Positions 50,781-60,243 of a DNA stretch of 64,000 bases are shown here, one piece after another. The stretch's first letter is position 1. Each line of letters starts with the position of its first letter. The notes below the pieces were generated by a model. That model searched no databases. It saw only the letters and a program-made list of their open reading frames with translations, and was not told the DNA's origin. Origin of the DNA: Candidatus Nomurabacteria bacterium. GTDB taxonomy: Bacteria; Patescibacteriota; Minisyncoccia; Phycocordibacterales; UBA9973. A program made the translations under genes and the position numbers. Location of the stretch: assembly GCA_963832025.1 (NCBI GenBank), contig CAWHSF010000002.1, positions 17,496 through 81,495 on the forward strand. The letters run 5' to 3'.

Positions 50781-51265
50781 CTATCAAAATAAATAGCGTG
50801 ACAAGTGTATCCGCCGGGATTTTTCTCTAGATAATCCTGATGGTATTCTTCTGCCTGATAAAACTTTACAAGTGGTTCCAGAGTAGTGACCACAGGGTTT
50901 TTCCAGCGCTTGGACTTATTAACAATATCTATAAAATTTTCCGCCTCTTTCCTTTCTTCTTCGTCTCCATAAAAAATGGCAGAACGATACGATGTTCCTC
51001 GATCGTTTCCCTGCTGATTTAATGTCGTCGGGTTGTGGATTTGAAAAAAGAAATCTAGCAATTTTTTATATGAAGTTTTTTCCGTATCATATTCAATCTC
51101 CACCGCTTCGGCATGTCCCTCATGATTATGATATGTAGGATTTTCTACTTTTCCTCCGGTATAACCGACAGTGGTGTTTACCACCCCAGGTTGTTTCCTG
51201 ATTAAATCCTCTAATCCCCAAAAACACCCTCCGGCCAAAATTATTTTTTTGATTTTATTTTCCAT
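50771..51265 (-). CDS. msrA: Peptide-methionine (S)-S-oxide reductase
   Basis: 164 aa with the GGCFWG active-site motif and YHQDYL. Confidence 0.9.
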   Translation of the reverse strand: MENKIKKIILAGGCFWGLEDLIRKQPGVVNTTVGYTGGKVENPTYHNHEGHAEAVEIEYDTEKTSYKKLLDFFFQIHNPTTLNQQGNDRGTSYRSAIFYGDEEERKEAENFIDIVNKSKRWKNPVVTTLEPLVKFYQAEEYHQDYLEKNPGGYTCHAIYFDSYL

Positions 51266-51269
51266 ATTT

Positions 51270-51641
51270 TTATTTCCCCGGAATAAATTTCATTGAAATT
51301 GAGTTCACGCAATGACGAATGTTTTTTTCCGTAAATCCTTCACCGGTGAATAAATGCCCCAAGTGTCCCCCACACTTTGCGCAAGTTATTTCTGTACGCA
51401 TTCCATCTTTGTCGACACTTTTGTGGACGGCGCCAGGAATCTCGTCATCAAAAGACGGCCAGCCACAGGTTGATTCAAACTTATCTTTTGAATTATAAAG
51501 TGGCGCTTCGCATTGTCTGCACACGTAAACACCCGTTTCTTTGTTGTTCACATATTCACCCGTAAATCTAGCCTCGGTGCCTTTATCAATAATTACTCTT
51601 TTTTCTTCTGGTGTAAGTTGATTCATATAGTTTTTATCCAA
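51270..51641 (-). CDS. msrB: Peptide-methionine (R)-S-oxide reductase
   Basis: 123 aa with two CxxC pairs (CRQC, CAKC) and RHCVNS. Confidence 0.9.
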   Translation of the reverse strand: MDKNYMNQLTPEEKRVIIDKGTEARFTGEYVNNKETGVYVCRQCEAPLYNSKDKFESTCGWPSFDDEIPGAVHKSVDKDGMRTEITCAKCGGHLGHLFTGEGFTEKNIRHCVNSISMKFIPGK

Positions 51642-53415
51642 ACGTAAATGTATAAGCGTCTAATGTCCCACTAACAACATCTATTTCAATTGTATGTGTC
51701 CCATAGCTACTGCCATTCACTATATTATACAGACGATTCTCTTTTATGGTTGCAGTACCGTCAGCATTGACATCTGCTCCTCTGTCTGTAGTGAGCGGTT
51801 TCCCGTCTAAAATAATTTTTACATTAGCACCAAGAGCTGAGCTTGCCACAAAATATAAATTCTTTGCATCATATTTGTAAACAATTTTTGCATTTACGTC
51901 CGAAGTCTCGGCATATTCGGGATTAAAATTCCAAGAACCTGCTAGATATAAATTATCTAAAGAAATATTATCAGGAATGGAAAGCTCTTGTACTCCGGAA
52001 ACATTTTGTTGTCCATTTGCTAAATATTCATTTCTATTCGAACCAAAATATGTTTCCGGACTATTGACTTGGCCTGGGTTAATACTGACGGCATTTACCG
52101 GTGTCACTATTCCACTCGAGACTGGTCCACTACCTAAAATACTTGCACGCTCCGCCAACGCTTTTTGTATTGCTTGTTCAGTCACATCATAATCTCCCTC
52201 CCCTGCATGGTCATGTACAATAAAACCATCTATATCAATCAAATATTCTCTCGGCCAGTATTGATTTCCAAATGCATTCCAAGTGCCGTAATCATTATCC
52301 AAAACAACCGGGTACTTTATTCCTAGGCTTGTGACAGCATTCTGAACATTACTCTGTACTTTTTCAAAAGAAAATTCCGGAGTATGAATACTGACAATTT
52401 CCAGACCTTGGTCGGCATATTTTTGATACCAAGCCTTTAAATAAGGCAAAGTTCGCAGACAATTTATACAACTATAAGTCCAAAAATCAACCAGCACAAC
52501 TTTCTTACCGACAAAACTGGAAAGTGTGATTGGTTGACCGTCGGTATTTATAAAACCACTTGGATCGGTGATTTCTGGCTCTTTTTGATATATCAAAGAT
52601 TTCATTTTTATGCGGTCTGCCGTAGATAACCCTGGTTGAATAGTAGGAGTGTTGGCCAACGGAGTAGTTTCTGAATTAATATTATTTGTGTTTGTTTGAT
52701 TGTTCAAAAGACTTTGTTCGATTTTAGTAACATCAAAAATGTGATTAGACACCAACACTTCAAATTTTTGATCAAAACCGAAAACAATAGCGACGCCCAA
52801 AATCAAAAATATCACGCCGACAATGCGCTTCAGCCACCCCCTACTATCAGATGCATAACCTAATTTTTCTATCGCTTTTTGACTCAAAACACTAATCACA
52901 AAAAGAAACCCGCACAAACCGACAGCATAAGCCAAGAGGTCAACAAACCCAGCTCCGAGACTTTTCGGTAAAACAGTAGCGAGAATTAAAAAATATGTGG
53001 GACTACAAGTGGAAAAGACCGGCCCAAGCGCAGCTCCCATGATTACATCTCCGATAAAATTATTTTTTTTGTAGCCAGTTGCCAATAAACGATTAGAGTC
53101 AAGGTTTATTTTGCCGACAAAAGGAATGCGTTCCCAAATGCTTGGGAAAATCATTATGAAACCGAGAATAGAAATAATCACTCCGGAAAATATTTGCCAA
53201 AATGATTGCGGAATATTTATAAAAAGCGTACTGACTTTCAGGATAAAAGTAAATAAAATAACAGAAACACCGAGCGACACTGTAACTACAAGCGCACGCA
53301 TCTTGTTATGACCATCCGCGATATTACCGCCGACAATCACCGGCAACAGAGAAATGGTGCACGGAGCGAGAACCGTTAAAACTCCGGCCAAAAATGAAAT
53401 GAAAAATAAAATCAT
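51634..53415 (-). CDS. DipZ-like fusion: CcdA/DsbD transmembrane thiol-disulfide transporter, TlpA-like thioredoxin domain and C-terminal beta-rich domain
   Basis: 593 aa with an N-terminal polytopic CcdA-like region ([10 protein letters not shown]...), thioredoxin fold WTYSCINC, and a C-terminal domain of about 190 aa. Confidence 0.78.
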   Translation of the reverse strand: MILFFISFLAGVLTVLAPCTISLLPVIVGGNIADGHNKMRALVVTVSLGVSVILFTFILKVSTLFINIPQSFWQIFSGVIISILGFIMIFPSIWERIPFVGKINLDSNRLLATGYKKNNFIGDVIMGAALGPVFSTCSPTYFLILATVLPKSLGAGFVDLLAYAVGLCGFLFVISVLSQKAIEKLGYASDSRGWLKRIVGVIFLILGVAIVFGFDQKFEVLVSNHIFDVTKIEQSLLNNQTNTNNINSETTPLANTPTIQPGLSTADRIKMKSLIYQKEPEITDPSGFINTDGQPITLSSFVGKKVVLVDFWTYSCINCLRTLPYLKAWYQKYADQGLEIVSIHTPEFSFEKVQSNVQNAVTSLGIKYPVVLDNDYGTWNAFGNQYWPREYLIDIDGFIVHDHAGEGDYDVTEQAIQKALAERASILGSGPVSSGIVTPVNAVSINPGQVNSPETYFGSNRNEYLANGQQNVSGVQELSIPDNISLDNLYLAGSWNFNPEYAETSDVNAKIVYKYDAKNLYFVASSALGANVKIILDGKPLTTDRGADVNADGTATIKENRLYNIVNGSSYGTHTIEIDVVSGTLDAYTFTFG

Positions 53416-53466
53416 GGACTAGTATTATACTAAAATAGTTGTAAAGTTAGCAACTATTATAAAAAG

Positions 53467-53497
53467 AAAAATCCCCGTCGAAAAAGGGATTTTTCTT
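53467..53497 (-). terminator. Putative rho-independent terminator after the Ala/Thr-rich secreted protein gene
   Basis: AAAAATCCC-(10 nt)-GGGATTTTT with a T-run. The GC stem is short. Confidence 0.45.
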
Positions 53498-53525
53498 TTT
53501 AAGTTTTTTATGGAAAAGAATCAGT

Positions 53526-53975
53526 TTAACTGCCACTTACTTCAGAAACAGAGTTTACAGAATCAGAAACACCGGTTGGAGCTTTACATGCTTTTGTAGC
53601 TGTTCTAAATGCAGTCCAAGCAGCATTGCGACTTGTTCTCCAAGTCAAAGTTGCAGCTTTGATAGATTTAGAAAAATCAGCCCAAGCGGTTTTAACTCCT
53701 ATCTTTACTGTGGCTACCGTAGTATTTGAATATGCACCTGCTAATTCTATGACACGAGTGGAATATGCGGCACTCACAGCAGTTGCATGTGCAGTAACTG
53801 CAGCATCAATCGCTGCTTCTCTGGTAGCCACCGCTCCTCCTACGCAAGCAATTTTAGTAGCTGTTGTGGAAACTGTGGTGGTGCCTGCACTAGTAGTGGT
53901 TTGAGCCAAGACCGGAGATACTGCCAAAGTTAAAGCCAACAACATGACAGAAATCATCAAAATTTTCTTTATCAT
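53526..53975 (-). CDS. Secreted Ala/Thr-rich hypothetical protein
   Basis: Signal peptide MIKKILMISVMLLALTLAVSPVLA followed by low-complexity A/T-rich helical repeats. Start moved to ATG 53975. Confidence 0.55.
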   Translation of the reverse strand: MIKKILMISVMLLALTLAVSPVLAQTTTSAGTTTVSTTATKIACVGGAVATREAAIDAAVTAHATAVSAAYSTRVIELAGAYSNTTVATVKIGVKTAWADFSKSIKAATLTWRTSRNAAWTAFRTATKACKAPTGVSDSVNSVSEVSGS

Positions 53976-54030
53976 TTTGTCGTTAATTAATTTTAAATTA
54001 CTAATAATACCGACCTCTATATATAATATA

Positions 54031-54519
54031 TTAAAAAATAACAATGACAAGAAAAATAATTAGAATTTGAGATAAAACACCGATGACGGGTTTGTCGTCT
54101 ATTCTATATTTTGTATGGGCCCAATTATGAAGTCTTTGAAATGTCGTTAATGGTTCACATTTCCATTTCCAATAACAAAATTGTAATGCATCTGGCGTCA
54201 TTCCTCCTATCGCGCCAAATAGAATTATTAAAAAAGAATGTGGATGTAATGCTCCGACTAAAATAAAAGACAATAATAATCCTAAAATCCCATCAATACC
54301 AATTTTTATAAAATCTACATAAGATTCCTTACGGATGATTAGTTTAGTATTTAAAGAATTTTGTTTATCTTTTTCTAAACTAGCGACGGAGTAAGACCAG
54401 TGCGGTATCGCATCCAAAAGATAATGGCTTCCAAAGCCAATAACAAAACCCAAAACTGGATAACTTGGAACCAAGGTAGCCAGCGTGGCGCCAACGACCG
54501 CGTGTGTTGTGAGTGTCAT
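54031..54519 (-). CDS. Membrane-bound metal-dependent hydrolase (YdjM/DUF457-like)
   Basis: 162 aa with TTHAVVGATLA and a DAIPH motif plus four TM helices. Confidence 0.6.
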   Translation of the reverse strand: MTLTTHAVVGATLATLVPSYPVLGFVIGFGSHYLLDAIPHWSYSVASLEKDKQNSLNTKLIIRKESYVDFIKIGIDGILGLLLSFILVGALHPHSFLIILFGAIGGMTPDALQFCYWKWKCEPLTTFQRLHNWAHTKYRIDDKPVIGVLSQILIIFLVIVIF

Positions 54520-54791
54520 GTTGCTATATTAACATTTCTATTTGAAAAAGCTAAAATATATCTATGATATTCTTATTAATCATATTTGTATTAATAGGTT
54601 TATTGTTACATGGTATTGTCGGTGGATTGATTGGGGTGGGAATAACATGCGTTTTATGGTGTCTTGTTTCTACGTTTTCCTAATTTATCTACTTACAATA
54701 AGTTGAACCCAGAGATGGTAAATCCCCATCCAGATATCGTTTGTTGTGAAATTGAGCTGTTTTTATGGGAAAAATTTGATAGAATAATTTC

Positions 54792-55046
54792 ATGACCAAA
54801 AAAGAAACTACCACTAATCTGCCTCATAAAATGCCAGCGGACTTTAGAGAAGCTCTGGCTTCTTCGCCCGTAGCAAAAGCAACATGGGATGATACTACCC
54901 TTCTCGCACACAATGAATGGATATGTTGGGTAATATCAGGTAAAAAAGCGGAGACAAGGGGTATACGCATCAAGAAAGCTCTCTCAAAACTTAAGGGCGG
55001 AATGCGCCGACCATGCTGTTGGGCTGGTTGTATTCATCGCAAATAA
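54792..55046 (+). CDS. YdeI/OmpD-associated family protein
   Basis: 84 aa with MPADFREALASSPVAKATWDD...HNEWICWVISGKKAETR, typical of this family. Confidence 0.65.
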   Translation: MTKKETTTNLPHKMPADFREALASSPVAKATWDDTTLLAHNEWICWVISGKKAETRGIRIKKALSKLKGGMRRPCCWAGCIHRK

Positions 55047-55135
55047 AATTAGTTTTTAAAATTATTTAACTTCACATGTCTGGCAAAACATTCCTACGCA
55101 TTTTTTGATTATAGCAAATATATTAAATTCTGTTG

Positions 55136-55163
55136 ACTCCGCACATAGAAAAATGTTCGAAAT
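55136..55163 (+). repeat. Degenerate copy (R0) of the GCTCCGAAC...GATGTTCGAAT intergenic repeat
   Basis: ACTCCGCACATAGAAAAATGTTCGAAAT compared with the minimal copy GCTCCGAACCTGGGAGGATGTTCGAAT (63854). Confidence 0.5.
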
Positions 55164-55189
55164 CTTTTTGTGGAGGGAATTAAAATATC

Positions 55190-55960
55190 TTAGAGTTGTT
55201 TTATTGATTTCTTTGAATCTCCTTGTAGGGTGGCAAAAGCTTCTTGGACTGTTGTCATAAACTGAGCTGGAAAGATAATTGTAGAATTTTTTTCAGTAGC
55301 AATTTCAGCCATTGTTTGAAGAGTACGGAGCTGCAAAGCAACCGGATGCGCGGCGATAAGGTCTGCCGCTTGACCTAATTTCTCGGCTGCTTGAAATTCG
55401 CCTTGGGCAGCCACAATTTTAGCACGACGTTCACGTTCTGCTTCCGCTTCTTTGGCCATCGCTCGTTGCATATTGTCGGGCAAGACAATATCTTTAATTT
55501 CCACAGCTGTTACTTCTGCACCCCATGGTTCTGTATGAGAATCAATCACATCTTTAATTTGAATATTAATGTCACTTGTTTGGGAAAGCAATTGGTCTAG
55601 AGAGAAACGCCCAACAACATTTCGTACTGTTGTCTGGCTGATTTGATTTACCGCATTGTAAACATTTTCAATTGCCACAACAGACTTTTGCGAATCAACG
55701 ATGTGATAATAAGCAACTGCGGCAATGTCAATTGATACGTTATCTTTGGTAATAATTTTTTGTGACGGAATATTCATGGTAATCGTACGTAATGTTACCT
55801 TGGTCATAAGTTCAAAAAAAGGAATTAGAAAAATAAGTCCCGGACCACGCACTCCTGTGCATTTACCAAGAAAAAAGATAACGCCACGGTCATACTCTTT
55901 TACCACTCTCAATGAAAACACAAGCAATACTACGATAATTCCTAAGATTATATATATCAT
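55190..55960 (-). CDS. SPFH/band-7 (stomatin-like) protein
   Basis: 256 aa with an N-terminal TM helix, [14 protein letters not shown] and an [12 protein letters not shown] coiled coil. Confidence 0.88.
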   Translation of the reverse strand: MIYIILGIIVVLLVFSLRVVKEYDRGVIFFLGKCTGVRGPGLIFLIPFFELMTKVTLRTITMNIPSQKIITKDNVSIDIAAVAYYHIVDSQKSVVAIENVYNAVNQISQTTVRNVVGRFSLDQLLSQTSDINIQIKDVIDSHTEPWGAEVTAVEIKDIVLPDNMQRAMAKEAEAERERRAKIVAAQGEFQAAEKLGQAADLIAAHPVALQLRTLQTMAEIATEKNSTIIFPAQFMTTVQEAFATLQGDSKKSIKQL

Positions 55961-55972
55961 AAATAATTAAGA

Positions 55973-56155
55973 TTATTTCCAGGTGTAAAGGTGCACCGCA
56001 ATATACATGGCGAGCATGCCAAGTGCGAAGCCTGCGCATACTGTGACGACGTCATGGAAGGGTTTCCAAATTACCCCAAACCATGAGAGTGTGAGAATAA
56101 TTGCCCACACGACAGCTACTCCGATTACATACACATAAAGAGGACGTTTGTTCAT
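55973..56155 (-). CDS. Small two-TM membrane protein upstream of the stomatin-like gene
   Basis: 60-aa ORF with two hydrophobic helices, tightly coupled to the SPFH gene. Confidence 0.5.
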   Translation of the reverse strand: MNKRPLYVYVIGVAVVWAIILTLSWFGVIWKPFHDVVTVCAGFALGMLAMYIAVHLYTWK

Positions 56156-56204
56156 GGATACATTATACCATACTTTGTTGGAAAAAACTTATCTAAACGA
56201 AAGT

Positions 56205-56247
56205 CACCCCGGCATGTAGGTCGAGGGACCTTCATTGTGCCGGGGTG
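56205..56247 (-). terminator. GC-rich hairpin terminator of the higher-GC orphan gene
   Basis: CACCCCGGCA-(23 nt)-TGCCGGGGTG lies immediately downstream of the stop at 56254. Confidence 0.6.
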
Positions 56248-56253
56248 GTGATG

Positions 56254-56583
56254 TCAGAAGCAAGGACTTTGCTCAATTATGTCCGGTGGATTATCGTCGT
56301 TCTCCTTGCAGAGAGCGACAACTTGAGCCCATTTCGGCCCAAACTTGCCATCGGGTTTCAGCCCTTCGACTGGAACACCGAACACCAGTGCAGCGTTGAT
56401 GAAGTCGTCGCATTGACCCGGATACCTGCTTGCTCTCTCAACAGCCAAGAGAAACAAGCGAAACTTCTTCTCGGGAACTTCATCCACTAGTTTGATCTGA
56501 TCCCATTCGAGATCCCCCCGCGAAGCTGAGAGAATAAGAACTGCGCTTACGAAGTAAGCGCTTCTTTTCCATTTTTTGTTCAT
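56254..56583 (-). CDS. Orphan secreted/lipid-anchored protein in a locally GC-rich island
   Basis: MNKKWKRSAYFVSAVLILSASRGD... (109 aa). A strong AAGGAG RBS sits 5 nt upstream of ATG 56583. The composition is visibly more GC-rich than the flanks. Confidence 0.6.
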   Translation of the reverse strand: MNKKWKRSAYFVSAVLILSASRGDLEWDQIKLVDEVPEKKFRLFLLAVERASRYPGQCDDFINAALVFGVPVEGLKPDGKFGPKWAQVVALCKENDDNPPDIIEQSPCF

Positions 56584-56654
56584 TAGACTCCTTATTTCGA
56601 TTTGGTAGTACAAACTCAATATTGGTTTAACATAAAAAAACAAGGATGTCACGC

Positions 56655-56701
56655 TGACTTCGAACACAGTAAGTCTTTAGGCTCGAATGAGATGTTCAAA
56701 T
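56655..56701 (+). repeat. Divergent copy (R7) of the intergenic repeat family
   Basis: GACTTCGAACACAG...GCTCGAATGAGATGTTCAAAT. Its 3' part matches the R3 tail GACTCGAATGAGATGTTCGAAT. Confidence 0.6.
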
Positions 56702-56706
56702 TGTTT

Positions 56707-57090
56707 TCATCTTTCAACACTCAAGGCCTCTTGAATATCTTCTGGAAAATCAGACATTTCTTGTATCTGACGAATATCGACTACCCCATCTTGAAATGGG
56801 ATTTGCTTAGCCCAAGCAATTGCATCTTCTTTTGTTTCTACTTTGATAATCCAGTAACCGGCAACTAATTCTTCAGGGTTTGGAAATGGACCGTCAGTAA
56901 CCGTGGGTTCATTGTTGGAAAATAAAATTCTCGCTCCTTCAGAACTAGGGTGTAAACCATCAAGTGCAATCAAAACACCTGCATCTTGAAGTTTTTTATT
57001 ATATTTTTCCATCACAACAAACATCTCTTTGTCGGGCAAAGCACCTTTTTCAATCTCTTTGTTACTCTTTACAAACATTATGAATTTCAT
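56707..57090 (-). CDS. YciI/DGPF-family protein
   Basis: 127 aa with DGPFPNPEELVAGYWIIKVETKEDAIAWAKQIP, typical of the YCII-related domain. Confidence 0.75.
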   Translation of the reverse strand: MKFIMFVKSNKEIEKGALPDKEMFVVMEKYNKKLQDAGVLIALDGLHPSSEGARILFSNNEPTVTDGPFPNPEELVAGYWIIKVETKEDAIAWAKQIPFQDGVVDIRQIQEMSDFPEDIQEALSVER

Positions 57091-57103
57091 GAGTTTAATT
57101 AAA

Positions 57104-57544
57104 TTAAATTATAAAGCTAAACACCAAAACAATTACCAAAAATGTCACTAAATTTGATAGCGAATCAGAGAAAAATTTCTTCCATCTTAATTTTTGATCA
57201 ATGTTTCCCCAAAGCAAAGATTGCCCAATTATTGGAACAACAAAACAAAGCCAGACGGCAAACACTTCCCCATAAATAATTGCAGAGCCAAAAGTTTTTT
57301 GTTCTATCATTATAAAAGCTATAAAAGCGGATGTCAGAAACGAAAGAAACATCTGTGCTAAATAATATTTCCACATTTTTGGTTTCATTTCTTTCATTTT
57401 CAAATCTTGCTCTTCCTTGGAAAATTTAGAAAAACCAGTGGACTCTAAATGAACTTTCCCCATCGGAGTTTTCATCGAATACCAAAGTGACCCGATCACA
57501 GCACTGATAATAGCACCCAAAATTCCAAGTAAAATTATTGTCAT
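57104..57544 (-). CDS. DUF1761-like membrane protein
   Basis: 146 aa with four TM helices and N-terminus ILGAIISAVIGSLWYS. Confidence 0.6.
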   Translation of the reverse strand: MTIILLGILGAIISAVIGSLWYSMKTPMGKVHLESTGFSKFSKEEQDLKMKEMKPKMWKYYLAQMFLSFLTSAFIAFIMIEQKTFGSAIIYGEVFAVWLCFVVPIIGQSLLWGNIDQKLRWKKFFSDSLSNLVTFLVIVLVFSFII

Positions 57545-57620
57545 GAATTTATCTATTGTTTTTAAATCTTATAATGGATAAATTATAATATCTTTAGATA
57601 CTTTTGACTAGTACTCGCTG

Positions 57621-57703
57621 GCTCTAAACCTGCTTTGCTCTTCCAAAGTTTTAACGAAGGAGAGGGAGAGTTTACGCTGAGCTAGCTGAAGTGATGTTCG
57701 AAT
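57621..57703 (+). repeat. 83-bp intergenic repeat R1 (long form)
   Basis: GCTCTAAACCTGCTTTGCTCTTCCAAAGTTTTAACGAAGGAGAGGGAGAGTTTACGCTGAGCTAGCTGAAGTGATGTTCGAAT is 79/83 identical to R2. Confidence 0.92.
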
Positions 57704-57735
57704 TAGTTTACTTGATGAGAAGTCTTGATGAAGAA

Positions 57736-58668
57736 TTATAATTCATGCTGTTTTTTAAAGATAAACAGCTTATATAATAAAAAGAGGGCTGGTAAAAGAA
57801 TAATCATTCCGACAGCAAAACTCCATTCAATTAAAGTGAGAGATGTACTATTGGTAATGCTCGAAACAAGTGTAGTAGTCGGATAAACAATATAAGGTAA
57901 ATGCGCAATAAATAATCCCCAAAAAAACGTAGCCATGCATGCACACAAAAAAACAAAACTCCATGCATAGGCATCGACTACTTCTGTGATTAAAACTGCC
58001 GCAATGCAAAAAAGCATAATGCCTGCTATCCATGCCTCTATATTATTATTTACAAAAAGATACGGCAGGTCACGAGCGATAGTAATTAAAAAAAACGTTG
58101 CAGATAGAAAGAATAAGGTACCACTTAAACGTAAGAATTTTGTGAGTCTCACGTTTTTTTTGTAAACTCTAAAAAATGCAAGGGTCATAGTAGCAATATA
58201 GGCAATGGTGCTGAAAGAAAGCCAAAAATAAAGGGAGGTCTTAATATATAAGACCCAAGAACCAGTAAAAAAATATAAGAAAATTAGGGCGAAAAGGATT
58301 GGTACGATAAAACTGGTGAGAAAATAAATAACATCAATGGTCTTTGATTTTACATCACTGTATTGCTTAAATAAAATACAAATAATGCGCACAGAAAAAA
58401 TAATTAAAGTGGTAAATGTAATAGTGAACAAATCGGTACCCCATCTAGATGTTGCGCCAGGAAAACATGCAAACATCGAAGTTAGGGAAAAAACTAAAAA
58501 CACACTTGTTGTCTCCCATATCGGATTTAAATATTCGCGTATCGTATCTTTTTCAGGCAGTAAATTCGGGAAAACAGCAAAAATCGAAGACCCAAATTCA
58601 ATTGAAGAAAAAATAAAATATATAAAAAGAGAAGAAGCAGTTACAAAAAAAGCTATATTTTCTTTCAT
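57736..58668 (-). CDS. cydB: Cytochrome bd-type oxidase subunit II
   Basis: 310-aa polytopic protein translationally coupled (4-nt overlap) to the subunit I gene. Confidence 0.75.
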   Translation of the reverse strand: MKENIAFFVTASSLFIYFIFSSIEFGSSIFAVFPNLLPEKDTIREYLNPIWETTSVFLVFSLTSMFACFPGATSRWGTDLFTITFTTLIIFSVRIICILFKQYSDVKSKTIDVIYFLTSFIVPILFALIFLYFFTGSWVLYIKTSLYFWLSFSTIAYIATMTLAFFRVYKKNVRLTKFLRLSGTLFFLSATFFLITIARDLPYLFVNNNIEAWIAGIMLFCIAAVLITEVVDAYAWSFVFLCACMATFFWGLFIAHLPYIVYPTTTLVSSITNSTSLTLIEWSFAVGMIILLPALFLLYKLFIFKKQHEL

Positions 58669-60065
58669 ATATCAGATTTATCATTAATAAAGTATTCTGT
58701 ATCTAAATCTAGCTTTGTACGATTATAGTGACGAATCAAAATCCATGGAGTCAGAATAAGAAGAATCGTATAGATGCTTGGGAAAATAGAGCCGAACTCA
58801 ATCACTGTTTTAGAAGTCGTAAACGCTTGTGAGACGGTCATAATTCCCCGTATCACATAGGGCTGACGTCCCACTTCTGTTACTATCCAACCAAATTCCA
58901 TTGCAAGAAAAGAAGCTGCCCCGCTTAAGACTATAAGACCGAGTATTATGTGCGAGAAAGCATGTTTTCTTTTCCAAAAAAATAAAATAAAAAATAAAGT
59001 CACCACAAAAGCAATATACATGCCGAAGAAAACCATAAGGTCAAACATCGCATGAATCCAGAGTGGCGGCCAGGTATTTGGATTAAATGAATCAAGACCT
59101 CGTACCACCGCCGTTTCCCGACCAAAAGAAAGAAAACTCAAAAGTCTTGGTATTTGAATTGCATCTTCAAGGTGGCCGTTTCTTTCTATTCCTCCAATTT
59201 CCATTGGTGCGCCAGCTTGCGTGTGCTCCGCGATCTCGGCAGCGGCAAATTTAAGTGGTTCATTATTTGCAATGTATCGGGCAGATTGATCGCCAGTAAC
59301 AGTCATCAGTAAAGCGAAAACCGTGCCAATGACCATTGTGTACACAAGCGCCTTTTTGCGATAAGTTCTCAGTTTTTCGTGTTCCCTTTCGTCAGGAATA
59401 ATATTTTTTTTCTTTAGTAAATGTTTCGTTCTGTGCTTGTGGAAACCTAGACTCCACGCATAGATACCTGCAAAAACGAGCGCAGTGGTTAAATAATAAG
59501 AGACAATAGAGTGTGTCGTTTCAGTATACGTTGCCTTATTGAACATCGCAGCGATAGGATTGATATTTGAGGCTACTCCATTTGTATACATAAAACCAGC
59601 TGGGCTGTTCATCCACGCATTTGCGGTGGTAATAAAGAAGGCAGAAGCAAGTGAACCCAGCACGATAGGTAGCGAGCAAAGCCAATGTGTATATTTATTT
59701 TTAAAACGATCCCAAGAATATAAGTAAATTCCGAGAAATATTGCCTCAATAAAAAAAGCAAAACCCTCCATGTAAAATGGAAGTCCGATAACCCTGCCGG
59801 CAAGCGCCATAAAATTTGGCCAAAGCATACTGAGTTGATTGGAAATGATCATGCCAGAAACAGCTCCTACTACAAAAAGTGTACCCATAGCAAAACTCCA
59901 CCGTCTGGCCATAGTATAAAAATCATTGTCTTTTTTAAAAATACCGATAAGCTCTGCGAGCGAAATAAGCAAAGGAATACCCACTCCAAAAAGCGCAAAT
60001 AAAATATGAAATCCAAGAGAATCTCCCATGAAAACACGACCGGCTGAAAGTGAATTTCCATTCAT
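58665..60065 (-). CDS. cydA: Cytochrome bd-type ubiquinol oxidase subunit I
   Basis: 466 aa with GWIVTEVGRQPYVI and N-terminal FHILFALFGVG, typical of CydA. Confidence 0.85.
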   Translation of the reverse strand: MNGNSLSAGRVFMGDSLGFHILFALFGVGIPLLISLAELIGIFKKDNDFYTMARRWSFAMGTLFVVGAVSGMIISNQLSMLWPNFMALAGRVIGLPFYMEGFAFFIEAIFLGIYLYSWDRFKNKYTHWLCSLPIVLGSLASAFFITTANAWMNSPAGFMYTNGVASNINPIAAMFNKATYTETTHSIVSYYLTTALVFAGIYAWSLGFHKHRTKHLLKKKNIIPDEREHEKLRTYRKKALVYTMVIGTVFALLMTVTGDQSARYIANNEPLKFAAAEIAEHTQAGAPMEIGGIERNGHLEDAIQIPRLLSFLSFGRETAVVRGLDSFNPNTWPPLWIHAMFDLMVFFGMYIAFVVTLFFILFFWKRKHAFSHIILGLIVLSGAASFLAMEFGWIVTEVGRQPYVIRGIMTVSQAFTTSKTVIEFGSIFPSIYTILLILTPWILIRHYNRTKLDLDTEYFINDKSDI

Positions 60066-60142
60066 CTGAAAATTATATCACAAAGATATAGAAAAGCTGG
60101 CTGTTATATTTAGCTCTTGCTTCATTTTAAGTAAAAAGCTTT

Positions 60143-60225
60143 GCTCCGAACCTGCTTTGCTCTTCCGAAGTTTTAACGAAGGAGAGGGAGAGTTTACGCT
60201 GAGCTAGCCGAAGTGATGTTCGAAT
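60143..60225 (+). repeat. 83-bp intergenic repeat R2 (long form)
   Basis: GCTCCGAACCTGCTTTGCTCTTCCGAAGTTTTAACGAAGGAGAGGGAGAGTTTACGCTGAGCTAGCCGAAGTGATGTTCGAAT. Confidence 0.92.
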
Positions 60226-60243
60226 AGCAATAACTAAAAACGA

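Noticed and set aside
54564-54683. 39-aa hydrophobic mini-ORF (MIFLLIIFVLIGLLLHGIVGGLIGVGITCVLWCLVSTFS) between the YdjM-like and YdeI-like genes.
   Set aside because: It is plausible as a small membrane peptide, but it lacks a clear Shine-Dalgarno sequence or any homology I can recognise. The support is insufficient.
60143-60225. tRNA or tRNA-derived element, suggested by GTTCGAAT (T-loop-like) and, on the opposite strand, TAGCTCAGC (D-arm-like) and GGTTCGGAGC.
   Set aside because: I could not draw an acceptor stem, anticodon arm or T-stem complementarity on either strand. The resemblance is limited to short motifs.
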